Shown piece by piece: positions 19,816-28,729 of a stretch of 64,000 bases of DNA (within the stretch, counting starts at the first letter, position 1; each line of letters opens with the position of its first letter). Below the pieces are notes generated by a model, which made no database searches, had not been told where the DNA came from, and worked only from the letters and a program-made list of their open reading frames with translations. The translations under genes and the position numbers were made by a program. Source of the DNA: a virus; IMG/VR virus record IMGVR_UViG_3300031687_000001, positions 1 to 64,000 of that record; one strand, written 5' to 3'.

Positions 19816-20902
19816 TGATCATCTCCCCGATAACTGCCTCATCACCACTAGAATCCATCACCTCTTCAGGCTGTTGATCCCATTCGCGCATCATAATATC
19901 TAGACAATCGTCTGTATTCTTTGACCATGCTTTACGGAATTTCTTGATGATTTCACCAGTTACTGGGCTAATGTACTCAAGACTGTTACCAGACTTTTTC
20001 AATGCACCTTTCGCTTCAAAAAATTCAGTCAATCCACTGTAAGGACTCATACCAGTATCATACGGAATTTCTACTTGTACGCTTTCAAATGGTTTAGCAT
20101 AACGTGTCTTCATAATCTTACACGCTGCACGAATACCATTTACAGTAGTCGTTTTATTGCCATCTTCGTCAACTTTCAACTTCAATTTACGCATTGCGAT
20201 TACAATTGAACTTGCATAGATAAATCCTTGACCACCAGAGATTTTATCATCTGGATCGAACATATCTTGTGATGCATAAGTATGATTCGTCGCAAGTAAA
20301 CCTACGTTGTATTCACCCAACATATTTACAGTGTTACGCACAAGTGATGTTAGTGCTTTAGGCTTACGACCCAAGTCGCCCTTCATGTCACCTGCTTCAA
20401 ACTGCTTGACATCTGTAGGTGTTAATAACATACCTAGACTGTCTACTACAAATAAGATTTTAGGACGATCTGCTGGCTCTTTATCACCATGCTCAGTCTT
20501 GTAATCTTTCATCAAGTCAGACATGATTTTTGCAACATCGTCGATCATTGCTACGTTTAACTTCATCAATTTATCTTCACTCGTATCTACACCTAACGCA
20601 TGTAACCATGCTTCGTCTAGTGCATTTTCCGAGTCAATTAGAACAACATAAATATCTTGCTCTTGTGCATGACGAATAATATTTCCCGAAGCAATGTATG
20701 ATTTTCCTGCTCCAGATTCGCCCGCTAATACTGTTACTTTACCTAGCGGAATGCCTTTTTCAAAGTCTCCGCTAATAAGTTTGTTTAATGTAAAATTACC
20801 TGTTGAAATCCAAGTATCAGGATCGTGAAATCCAGTGCTTAGACCAGGAACCGCCTTGGTAATACTACGACGGAACTTAGACACATCAAATGGTCTTGCC
20901 AT
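19802..20902 (-). CDS. uvsX: RecA-like recombinase UvsX
   Basis: GESGAGKS, IDSENALD, VVDSLG, SGGQG. Confidence 0.93.
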   Translation of the reverse strand: MARPFDVSKFRRSITKAVPGLSTGFHDPDTWISTGNFTLNKLISGDFEKGIPLGKVTVLAGESGAGKSYIASGNIIRHAQEQDIYVVLIDSENALDEAWLHALGVDTSEDKLMKLNVAMIDDVAKIMSDLMKDYKTEHGDKEPADRPKILFVVDSLGMLLTPTDVKQFEAGDMKGDLGRKPKALTSLVRNTVNMLGEYNVGLLATNHTYASQDMFDPDDKISGGQGFIYASSIVIAMRKLKLKVDEDGNKTTTVNGIRAACKIMKTRYAKPFESVQVEIPYDTGMSPYSGLTEFFEAKGALKKSGNSLEYISPVTGEIIKKFRKAWSKNTDDCLDIMMREWDQQPEEVMDSSGDEAVIGEMINESE

Positions 20903-20919
20903 TTTATTCTCCTTGAAAA

Positions 20920-20941
20920 TGGGAGCAAAGAACTTGCTCCC
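20920..20941 (-). terminator. Hairpin (possible terminator) between gp32 and uvsX
   Basis: GGGAGCAA/TTGCTCCC stem followed by ATTTT on minus strand. Confidence 0.5.
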
Positions 20942-20951
20942 TATTGGTTAC

Positions 20952-21953
20952 TTATGCTTCTGCTTTACGATTGCGAATTGCTGCAAGAATATCTTGCGCA
21001 GTAGGCTTTGCCTCTGATCCCGCTGGTGCTGCTGCGACAGGCGCTGCGGCTACAGGAGCAGGATCTGCTTTAAAAGGGATATCGTCTGACGTGATCTCCT
21101 TCTCAGCAACAGGTGCTGATTGAACAACAGATGCAGCAGGCTTAGATGTCGGTGCATCTACACCCCAAGGACGGTAATAATTACCCCACTTCTCGGTGTC
21201 GTATAACTGACCATCTACAGATGCTTCAAACATCTCAACCATCGCATCTAAGTGCGCCTGATCTGGCTTTTTAGGAAGGAAGTCTGATAGATTAAATAAT
21301 CCATTTGTGTCGACTGCATCTAGTTCTTCTTGATTTAAACTACGCTCGCGACGAGCCCAGTTAGAAGTACTATAATCTGCCCACTTACCATTCTGACCTT
21401 TCACTACTTTGAAATCTGTACCTTGATCATAATCAGTAGGTAATGAAGTGAAATCTACATCCATCAACGCTGCGCTGATTACCTTAAAGATTTGAGGTGA
21501 AATCATGAAACGACGAATTGGGTTTGCAGGTGCTTCTTCAACTAGTTCACTTTCAGTGACGAAGCCTTGAAACAAGTAAGATTTTTTCTTCCAATATTTA
21601 CGTGCAACATCTTCCAATGAAGGATCTTTGAACCATTGACGCAATTCCGCGTGAATAGGACATGTTGTCTTTTCGTCGTCATACATTTCAATACATGGTA
21701 CTTGAATTGTTACAGGACGTGATTCATCACCACCTTTTACGCCTGGGAATTCTAAACGAATCATTTCACGCTTCAACCAAAAGAATGGGTTGTTCGTATC
21801 ACCGTCAGGTAAAAATCGTAGTGTTGCTGATGTGTTGTCTGGAATACTCCAGTGAGGGAAGACAGTATTGTCTGATTTGGTTGTTGATTTCGTTCCAGAT
21901 GAACGAGAGTCTTGTTCGAGTAATTTTGCTCGGATTTCTGCTAATGAAGCCAT
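20952..21953 (-). CDS. 32: Single-stranded DNA-binding protein (gp32-like)
   Basis: LRFLPD, PCIEMY...CPI, YWKKKSY, DYDQGTDF, ADYSTSNW. Confidence 0.9.
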   Translation of the reverse strand: MASLAEIRAKLLEQDSRSSGTKSTTKSDNTVFPHWSIPDNTSATLRFLPDGDTNNPFFWLKREMIRLEFPGVKGGDESRPVTIQVPCIEMYDDEKTTCPIHAELRQWFKDPSLEDVARKYWKKKSYLFQGFVTESELVEEAPANPIRRFMISPQIFKVISAALMDVDFTSLPTDYDQGTDFKVVKGQNGKWADYSTSNWARRERSLNQEELDAVDTNGLFNLSDFLPKKPDQAHLDAMVEMFEASVDGQLYDTEKWGNYYRPWGVDAPTSKPAASVVQSAPVAEKEITSDDIPFKADPAPVAAAPVAAAPAGSEAKPTAQDILAAIRNRKAEA

Positions 21954-22044
21954 GATGTTTTCCTTTTGCCTTAGTGTTTTTTAGATATTAAGTAGAGTAT
22001 CTACCTAATACAAGTTTGCCTTAGTTTTATTACTTAGCCTATAC

Positions 22045-22073
22045 AGTATACTTCTTTTCATGCCTACTGTCAA
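22045..22073 (-). promoter_or_regulatory. sigma70 promoter for gp32
   Basis: TTGACA-17-TATACT. Confidence 0.8.
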
Positions 22074-22170
22074 GCACTTTTTCGTTTTAATTTGATTTAA
22101 TTTTTTAGTCTTTAATTGAAGATATTACATTGATAATGCAGGCTCTCAACTGGCGCTGCTTCATTTAAAT

Positions 22171-22335
22171 TTATTCTTCTTTAATAACAGACCAGATACC
22201 ATATACAAGGGCAATCCATGCTGCTACTTTTGCCAATGGACCTAGCAATAAAATTGCTAGTCCAGTGCCGATTAATACTGCTCCATCTAACGATGTGCGT
22301 TCTGTTAAGCGATCTTTCATCCATTTAGTAAACAT
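22171..22335 (-). CDS. 54-aa membrane protein (two hydrophobic helices), absent from ORF track
   Basis: MFTKWMKDRLTERTSLDGAVLIGTGLAILLLGPLAKVAAWIALVYGIWSVIKEE. Confidence 0.75.
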   Translation of the reverse strand: MFTKWMKDRLTERTSLDGAVLIGTGLAILLLGPLAKVAAWIALVYGIWSVIKEE

Positions 22336-22337
22336 AG

Positions 22338-23609
22338 TTAACCTACCATCTTACGCAAATTAGAAACTGCTTCGCTATCCATTGATGGCGCTGCTTGTGC
22401 CACTTCTGGAACTATTTCTTCTGTTACCTTATCAAGTAAATGATCAAGTGCAGTGCGGAATGTCTTGTTCATTTTATGAACATCTACGCTAAGCATATCA
22501 AGTAAGTTAGACAATTCAAATTGCTTTACTTTAATCGCCTTCATACCAATGTATGATGCTTTATGTCCTAGTGCTGCAATCTCGCCACCATCGCCTGAGA
22601 AATCAGTAATTGCATTTTCAGGATGCTCTGGATCAGTTGCATCAATAGGAATTTTAACACCAGATTTAACGATGTTGATCAATTTTTCTAAGTTTTCAAT
22701 TGCGCTCACGGTTTTCGCCTCTTTCAATTTAGTTTCAGATACTACACGATTTACTGTAGCAAGTGCTTGTTGCATGCTCTCAGTTGATAATGCATTATAC
22801 TTGAATTTTTCAGAGATGTCAAGGGTTTCTTCAATTAAATCTTCAGTTACTTCAACTTTAAAATTATCATAACCACGCTTGGTAGCCATACGCTTAACTG
22901 ACTCTTTTAGTTGAGCAATCTTTGATTTAATAGTTTCTACGATTTCTTGATTATCTTCGTTAACTAATTTGTTCTGCTTTGTGTATTTCGTGAATTTGTT
23001 CAAATCTGAAATCTCTTCACACATTGCCAAAATCGCTTGTCCCTTAACATCGTAAGGATTTCCCTGCTCATTAACATGCATAGTCATTGCTCTCGCACCT
23101 GCCATGTACTTATGTGGGAATGCAAACTTTTCACCTGATGCATTTTCAATAAACAAACTATGAATATTTCTACTGCGAGAACCACGAATTTCTTCATTAA
23201 CACGCTTGTTGTGCTTGATGATAAGAGTTGCTTCTGGCAATCTGATATAACTTGTTTTTGTTGAACCGCCTGCCTTCGTAAAACCTTCTGTTACTTGTGC
23301 ATCTGTCTTTGGTTGTATTTTTTTGTCAAACTTTCTCATTGTGAACTCGCCTAATTTTCCATGTGCAATTGATTTGATTGCATCTAAAATATCTTTATTT
23401 CTCTGTATGTCGTAACTTTCCCCAATCTTTACAATAACTTCAAATTTATTATCTTCTTGTTTTATCGTAACAATCAAGTTTTGATCTACTGCATATAGTC
23501 GTGTTGCTTCTTCTACATTAAGTGTCTCTACACCATCAATTGTATACAAACGCATCTTGTAGCCTGCGCCTTTTAATATGTTAAAGATTTCTGTTGAAAT
23601 GTCATTCAT
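22338..23609 (-). CDS. Conserved hypothetical late protein
   Basis: 423 aa; RSRNIHSLFIENASGEKF; late promoter upstream. Confidence 0.65.
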   Translation of the reverse strand: MNDISTEIFNILKGAGYKMRLYTIDGVETLNVEEATRLYAVDQNLIVTIKQEDNKFEVIVKIGESYDIQRNKDILDAIKSIAHGKLGEFTMRKFDKKIQPKTDAQVTEGFTKAGGSTKTSYIRLPEATLIIKHNKRVNEEIRGSRSRNIHSLFIENASGEKFAFPHKYMAGARAMTMHVNEQGNPYDVKGQAILAMCEEISDLNKFTKYTKQNKLVNEDNQEIVETIKSKIAQLKESVKRMATKRGYDNFKVEVTEDLIEETLDISEKFKYNALSTESMQQALATVNRVVSETKLKEAKTVSAIENLEKLINIVKSGVKIPIDATDPEHPENAITDFSGDGGEIAALGHKASYIGMKAIKVKQFELSNLLDMLSVDVHKMNKTFRTALDHLLDKVTEEIVPEVAQAAPSMDSEAVSNLRKMVG

Positions 23610-23652
23610 CGGGTTATTCCTTTTTAATTATATATGTATTTATCTTTTTGTG

Positions 23653-25209
23653 TTATAAAAATGACATTGGCATTGGATCATCGTAGTCATTATCCAAACC
23701 TTCTTCCATCAGGTATTCATATGCAGTATCTTCGTAGTTGGTTACTTCTTGTGCCATTCGTATGATCAATACTAGTGCCATAACCAAATCATCGTTCTCG
23801 CCTTCTTTTGCGCCGTAACTATTACCACGAGAAATAAATACTTTCAATTCACGTAGTAGATTATTACTTGCTATTTCCAACTTATCAGTCTCTACCCAAT
23901 ATTTCAATTTAGCACATGCTGCTATCTTTGATTTATGTGTCGTAGTGAATCCCTTACGATACGCTTTTGTATTTCCATGCTTCTTACGCTCACTCAAGAA
24001 TGTTCCTGGGAAGAATTCTTCGCCTATCTCTTCTACACATACCAATCCCGCTTCGCCCATTGAATTGTTTTCTAGGCTATAATATATTTCCGATTGCTGC
24101 TTTGTCTCTTCATCTATGTAAATCGCTATCTTCTGTAAAATTCTTACTTGTTGCTGTATAGTTGTTTTGTTATGTTGCCATTCAGCAACTTGCTTCATAC
24201 CCGGCAATTCGTACACTTGTATCGCTGCGTTATCTCCACCAGTTCCTAAACTAGGATCTAATGCAATAAGATATAAATTACCCGATTTCAAGGGCTTATA
24301 CCAGCGTACTTGTCCTTGCATTGCCCATGCTTCTTTTGGTTCCATCATGGCTAATTTCAAACTGCTTACCAATGTCTCATCAAATGCGATGAATTCATTT
24401 TTATGCTCACGTCTGAATTTCTCTTCGCCAATCTTACCTTGCTCTATTCTTGCCCACTCTTCATCTCTATCAGGATGTCTATCCCATATCGCATCATAAG
24501 AGGCAAAACTATTAATACCTAGATCAGTTTCGTTACCGTACTCATCTGTCTTCTTTTGTGAATCTCTCCAAATCTGTGCAAATTGGTCATCATCTTGGTT
24601 GGGGGTAGATGTTATAATACATTTACCACCCGTTGCTAATGTAGGTGACAATGCTGTCCAGAAATCTCTTGCGATATTTGGGCGCACGAACGCAAACTCG
24701 TCTAAGTATGCTAGTGATATAGACATACCACGACCAGTGTTATCAGTAGTTGCTTGTGCAATAATACGACTGCCATTATCAAATTCCAATGAACCTTTGT
24801 TGTATGATGTAGCGCCCGCTCTCAGATAATCAGGCAATGTTTCATATGCAAAGCGAATACGCTGCATTATCTCTTGTGCACCACTATATTTGTGTGCTGC
24901 AATTAAGATTGTCTGATCTGGTACAAACATTGCATACCATAATAGATAGCCAGCAGCACACGTTGATTTTCCCATTTGGCGGGAGATCAATGCTACTGAG
25001 TTTCTATAATTGTGATATACATCAACCAATTCTTCTTGGAAGTCAAACAACTCAAACTTCATTCTACCCTTGGTAGGATGCTGTATCCAACAATGAGTCT
25101 TCATGAAATATTTGGGATCATTAGAACATTTTGCCAATTCTACTAATTGTTCGTGTGTGTAATTTTCTTGTTGATGTGGGGTTTTTACTAATTTAGTATC
25201 TGCTGCCAT
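23653..25209 (-). CDS. 17: Terminase large subunit (gp17-like)
   Basis: SRQMGKS, YLDEFAFV, ITSTPN, LDPSLG, NDDLVMAL. Confidence 0.95.
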   Translation of the reverse strand: MAADTKLVKTPHQQENYTHEQLVELAKCSNDPKYFMKTHCWIQHPTKGRMKFELFDFQEELVDVYHNYRNSVALISRQMGKSTCAAGYLLWYAMFVPDQTILIAAHKYSGAQEIMQRIRFAYETLPDYLRAGATSYNKGSLEFDNGSRIIAQATTDNTGRGMSISLAYLDEFAFVRPNIARDFWTALSPTLATGGKCIITSTPNQDDDQFAQIWRDSQKKTDEYGNETDLGINSFASYDAIWDRHPDRDEEWARIEQGKIGEEKFRREHKNEFIAFDETLVSSLKLAMMEPKEAWAMQGQVRWYKPLKSGNLYLIALDPSLGTGGDNAAIQVYELPGMKQVAEWQHNKTTIQQQVRILQKIAIYIDEETKQQSEIYYSLENNSMGEAGLVCVEEIGEEFFPGTFLSERKKHGNTKAYRKGFTTTHKSKIAACAKLKYWVETDKLEIASNNLLRELKVFISRGNSYGAKEGENDDLVMALVLIIRMAQEVTNYEDTAYEYLMEEGLDNDYDDPMPMSFL

Positions 25210-25227
25210 ATAGGTTAACTATTTTCT

Positions 25228-25548
25228 CTATTTTGAAATTATATTGCGCACTGATATTTCTAAATTTTCTAGAAATGTATCAATGTCAATTACTTCGTTT
25301 ACTAGTTCGTCAGCACTAACATCTACATCATCGTCTAATGATTCTATAACATCTGATTCATTAGTACTTAATTTATTAACATTAACCCATCTTTCATCGC
25401 CGGATTGTGAACGAATCATAACATCATTGAAGTCATTAGGATTGATACCAACTACTTTATAAGATTTATTCTTATATGTAATAACATCGCCCACTTGTGT
25501 AGGTGATTCTTGTAATACTGCTTCTATTAATTTTCTCATATCGTTCAT
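25228..25548 (-). CDS. Hypothetical protein
   Basis: 106 aa, SD AAGGA; starts MNDMRKLIE. Confidence 0.65.
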   Translation of the reverse strand: MNDMRKLIEAVLQESPTQVGDVITYKNKSYKVVGINPNDFNDVMIRSQSGDERWVNVNKLSTNESDVIESLDDDVDVSADELVNEVIDIDTFLENLEISVRNIISK

Positions 25549-25683
25549 AATTTCTTCCTTAAATAATTGCCGTTTTTTATATATATAGTAGCGAATTACA
25601 TATAATGGATAACGGCATCCTCTCTCCTTAGATAATAAAAACGGGCAAGCCTGTAATTATAACGGTCCTAAGGTCTAAGTTCT
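25549..25683 (-). ncRNA. Candidate structured RNA antisense to 23S rRNA H69/H70
   Basis: Plus-strand 25653-25674 equals the conserved 23S sequence at 21/22 nt; second arm 25588-25595; several internal stems. Confidence 0.55.
25577..25618 (-). CDS. Possible 13-aa leader peptide MPLSIICNSLLYI
   Basis: Strong SD TAAGGAG 5 nt before ATG, inside the candidate RNA element. Confidence 0.3.
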   Translation of the reverse strand: MPLSIICNSLLYI

Positions 25684-27024
25684 TTATAGTCCTGCGTTTT
25701 TAAGCAAGATTGCCAATTCTTTGGATTCTTCCAATGATTCTTCCACTGATGGCTCTTTCTTATCTCCATCGTACTCAGGCTCATCGTCCATTGTAGGCTC
25801 TTTCTTCTTAGATGCTAACATCTTCGCAAAAGCGGCTTTTTGTGCTGGACTCTGTGATTCTTCTAATGTATCACATTCACATGGATCACATTCACATTCA
25901 TTACAAGCAACTGCTTCTTTTACATCTTCTGCTGCATCTTTCATATCTTCATCAGTATCGCCATCTTTGTCAATGTCCAGAAAGTCTGGCTTGTTCTTAG
26001 ATGCTTCGTATAATGATTTCATGTTGTCTACAGTATGCTCAGTTACGCTAACCTTCATGTCTTCTGCATCCATATAACGCTTCAATGACAAGTTTACAGG
26101 CTGTGCAAACTCATATGGATCGCCATGTGATGTAGGTTCAGTTTCGCCCGCATTTGCTGGTGAATTTGCCCATTCGGTAATCTTCTTTTCTATCGCTTCT
26201 TCCGATAGACCTGCGCTATGTAACATACTTACTAATTGAGTAGTATCCATTGTTGGAGACTCTTCTAAATTTTTATCTTCCATATCGTTTGCCGCCTTTT
26301 TCATGTCTTCTTCTTTATCGCCATCTTTGTCTATATCTGCAAAGTCTGGTTTTGCTTCTTCTGTTACCCAGTTTTCACCTGTCATATCATTACAATCATG
26401 ACTGCAATCTGTGGTAGGCTTGTGCATTTCATCGCCACAATCTCTGCATACTTTCTTTACGTCTGCTTCGTACATTGACTCAATGAATTTCACTGGTGTC
26501 AATACTGTGCCACCAGTTTTATGATCAAGACGCAATGCCATATAAGTGTCATCTATTTTTGTCTTATAATCACGATGTATCTTAGCATAATCTGCTTTGG
26601 TCATTTCTATTTCACCAGCATCATTAATGTTTGCCATCGGACCCATTGCTTCTTCAACTGATTCAGTTTGTGATGCACTTACTAAATCGTCTGCGTCTAC
26701 GCCCATTGCTTCGCCCATCGTAAATCCGTCCATTGGAGCGAATTTAACACCATCACTAGTAATACTAACAACTTTGAATTCGCCTTCGCTTATATCACCA
26801 AATGCGTCTATTTGAATGGTAACATTCATGTCTTTGATATCAGCATTATAATCTTCTGATCCTTCGGTTGAACCAAAGCCATTTGCAGTTGCAGTGAATA
26901 CTTCACTGTCATCTGTTCTTTCGAAATTGTCCAATGTAACATTGCCATCTACTAATACGGTTGTTTCTACCAATACCTCAGTATTAGTAGTTAATGATTC
27001 CATTAATGTTCTCATTTCATGCAT
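25684..27024 (-). CDS. Acidic prohead-core/internal head protein with DxDxDG repeats
   Basis: KPDF.DIDKDGD..EDMK.AA twice; Cys clusters; many xEE/LEE sites. Confidence 0.55.
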   Translation of the reverse strand: MHEMRTLMESLTTNTEVLVETTVLVDGNVTLDNFERTDDSEVFTATANGFGSTEGSEDYNADIKDMNVTIQIDAFGDISEGEFKVVSITSDGVKFAPMDGFTMGEAMGVDADDLVSASQTESVEEAMGPMANINDAGEIEMTKADYAKIHRDYKTKIDDTYMALRLDHKTGGTVLTPVKFIESMYEADVKKVCRDCGDEMHKPTTDCSHDCNDMTGENWVTEEAKPDFADIDKDGDKEEDMKKAANDMEDKNLEESPTMDTTQLVSMLHSAGLSEEAIEKKITEWANSPANAGETEPTSHGDPYEFAQPVNLSLKRYMDAEDMKVSVTEHTVDNMKSLYEASKNKPDFLDIDKDGDTDEDMKDAAEDVKEAVACNECECDPCECDTLEESQSPAQKAAFAKMLASKKKEPTMDDEPEYDGDKKEPSVEESLEESKELAILLKNAGL

Positions 27025-27529
27025 CTTTCTTCTCCTGATCTTTTTTTAATTTCAATAAATCTTGAACAAAAGAAGTATTATACTTGTCACCAAAAAAATC
27101 TTCTGGATTTATATCTTCTGCTTCTGAATAGGTACTATCAGCCAACAAACTTGAAACTCCTTCATCATCAGATTCTGAATCCATTAATGATTGCTCTCGT
27201 TGCTCTAACGGCTCTTGGTCTGAACGAACTTTCATGTATCCGTCGCTAATTCCGATAAGGGCTTGTATTTCTGTTTGTATCTGATATGCACTTGCTGGTA
27301 AATTTGTCTCAAATTCAACAACATATATCTCGTATCCACGTAGTTGTGGGAAATCATAAGGTGTGCTTTGTAGCATCAACTTAGTTGGTGCACTTACTTT
27401 CTGCACATCGTACTTAGCTAAGTGATTCTCAATGCGAGTTAAATCATCGCCAGATAATTCCTTTGCTAACTTAATGCGGAATGTGTATGTTTTTTTTGAT
27501 TCTGTCAAATATTCTGTAAAGGACTTCAT
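27017..27529 (-). CDS. Putative internal head protein
   Basis: N-terminus MKSFTEYLTE resembles the T4 capsid-targeting sequence. Confidence 0.6.
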   Translation of the reverse strand: MKSFTEYLTESKKTYTFRIKLAKELSGDDLTRIENHLAKYDVQKVSAPTKLMLQSTPYDFPQLRGYEIYVVEFETNLPASAYQIQTEIQALIGISDGYMKVRSDQEPLEQREQSLMDSESDDEGVSSLLADSTYSEAEDINPEDFFGDKYNTSFVQDLLKLKKDQEKKDA

Positions 27530-27554
27530 TGGTTTAATTCTCCTAATATTATAA

Positions 27555-28175
27555 CTATTTATCTTTATTGTAAAAAGCGCCCGACTTAATCAGTTCTTTA
27601 CATCTCTCAAATTCATCATACAAACTGAGTTGTAGATATACTCTATCACAATCAGAATCATTTCTAACGCCATGTACCTGTGTGGCATCCATTAATGTAG
27701 GATGAACAGTTGAATACATATGTGTTCCTAAATAAAATTCTTCATCATGAGCCTCAGCGCCCGCTGAATAACCTGTTATTATCGGATTATCGCCCAGTAT
27801 AGCATAGTCATAATAATCAACCCCTACGCCACCATCTGATGGCAATATAGGTATCATTATCACACACTTTCTTGAAAAGTCAACATGTGGGTGGAATTGA
27901 AAACCAGGCCTATACACTGTTATTGCTATGTTTCCACTTTTTATCTGTTTTACTTCTGGATTGAATAATTTCACAATTTCTGATATCTCTGGATAATCTA
28001 GATATTCTTTACCTTCTAGATCTTCTACCCGAATTGAACTAAACAACCCTTTCGTGGCGTTATTTCGTATGTTTGAATAATCTTGTGCTGCATGCTTTAC
28101 TGATTCATACAATTGCTCTAATCTATTTCTGTCGAATGTGACATCAGTTAATTCAATAAATCTATCTTCTATCAT
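27555..28175 (-). CDS. Putative 2OG-Fe(II) oxygenase
   Basis: HVD...HGVRN...R facial-triad pattern. Confidence 0.6.
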   Translation of the reverse strand: MIEDRFIELTDVTFDRNRLEQLYESVKHAAQDYSNIRNNATKGLFSSIRVEDLEGKEYLDYPEISEIVKLFNPEVKQIKSGNIAITVYRPGFQFHPHVDFSRKCVIMIPILPSDGGVGVDYYDYAILGDNPIITGYSAGAEAHDEEFYLGTHMYSTVHPTLMDATQVHGVRNDSDCDRVYLQLSLYDEFERCKELIKSGAFYNKDK

Positions 28176-28729
28176 TTGTCTTCTTCCGCTTTCATGTTTT
28201 TCATTATTTCTGCTAGCATCTCTGAACGATTTCCTATTAATCTACCATCAATTGATTCTGGGTCGTCATCTGGTAAACCTTTATTGATAACATGGTTTAC
28301 TTTTCGATTATCCATATCAAGTCGTTCTTTGCGCATCTGCAACTCAATCATTTTTATTTTTTTATCCATCTTTGTTTGCTTTGCGGTTATCGCGGCTGAT
28401 AGCATTTTACTAGCACTATCAAGCAATGCAGCGGCATTTCTATCGTCTACATTCTTTGCCAAATCTACTATATCATCAAACGCAGTAATTGCTCTTTTTG
28501 CATATTCATCCATCTCTGCATCTATCGCGTCTAATCCCAACACCATAGGTAGTGCTGCGTCTACTTTCATAGACATATCCATAGTTTCTGTTTGTGTTGA
28601 TATTTGTTCTGTGAGTTGCTTTATCACTTCTTCCGATGATGGTTCTATTTCATTTTCATCATCATCAAAGTTAAATGATATATCGTCTATAGGCGGTAAA
28701 TTAAATGTATCGCTTAATTTCTGTGTCAT
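28172..28729 (-). CDS. Putative terminase small subunit
   Basis: Helical 185 aa, C-terminal IGNRSEML reminiscent of gp16; context. Confidence 0.4.
   Translation of the reverse strand: MTQKLSDTFNLPPIDDISFNFDDDENEIEPSSEEVIKQLTEQISTQTETMDMSMKVDAALPMVLGLDAIDAEMDEYAKRAITAFDDIVDLAKNVDDRNAAALLDSASKMLSAAITAKQTKMDKKIKMIELQMRKERLDMDNRKVNHVINKGLPDDDPESIDGRLIGNRSEMLAEIMKNMKAEEDK

Noticed and set aside
25653-25674. rRNA gene, group I intron or attP site
   Set aside because: Similarity is limited to two short blocks in permuted order; no intron core, homing endonuclease or integrase nearby.
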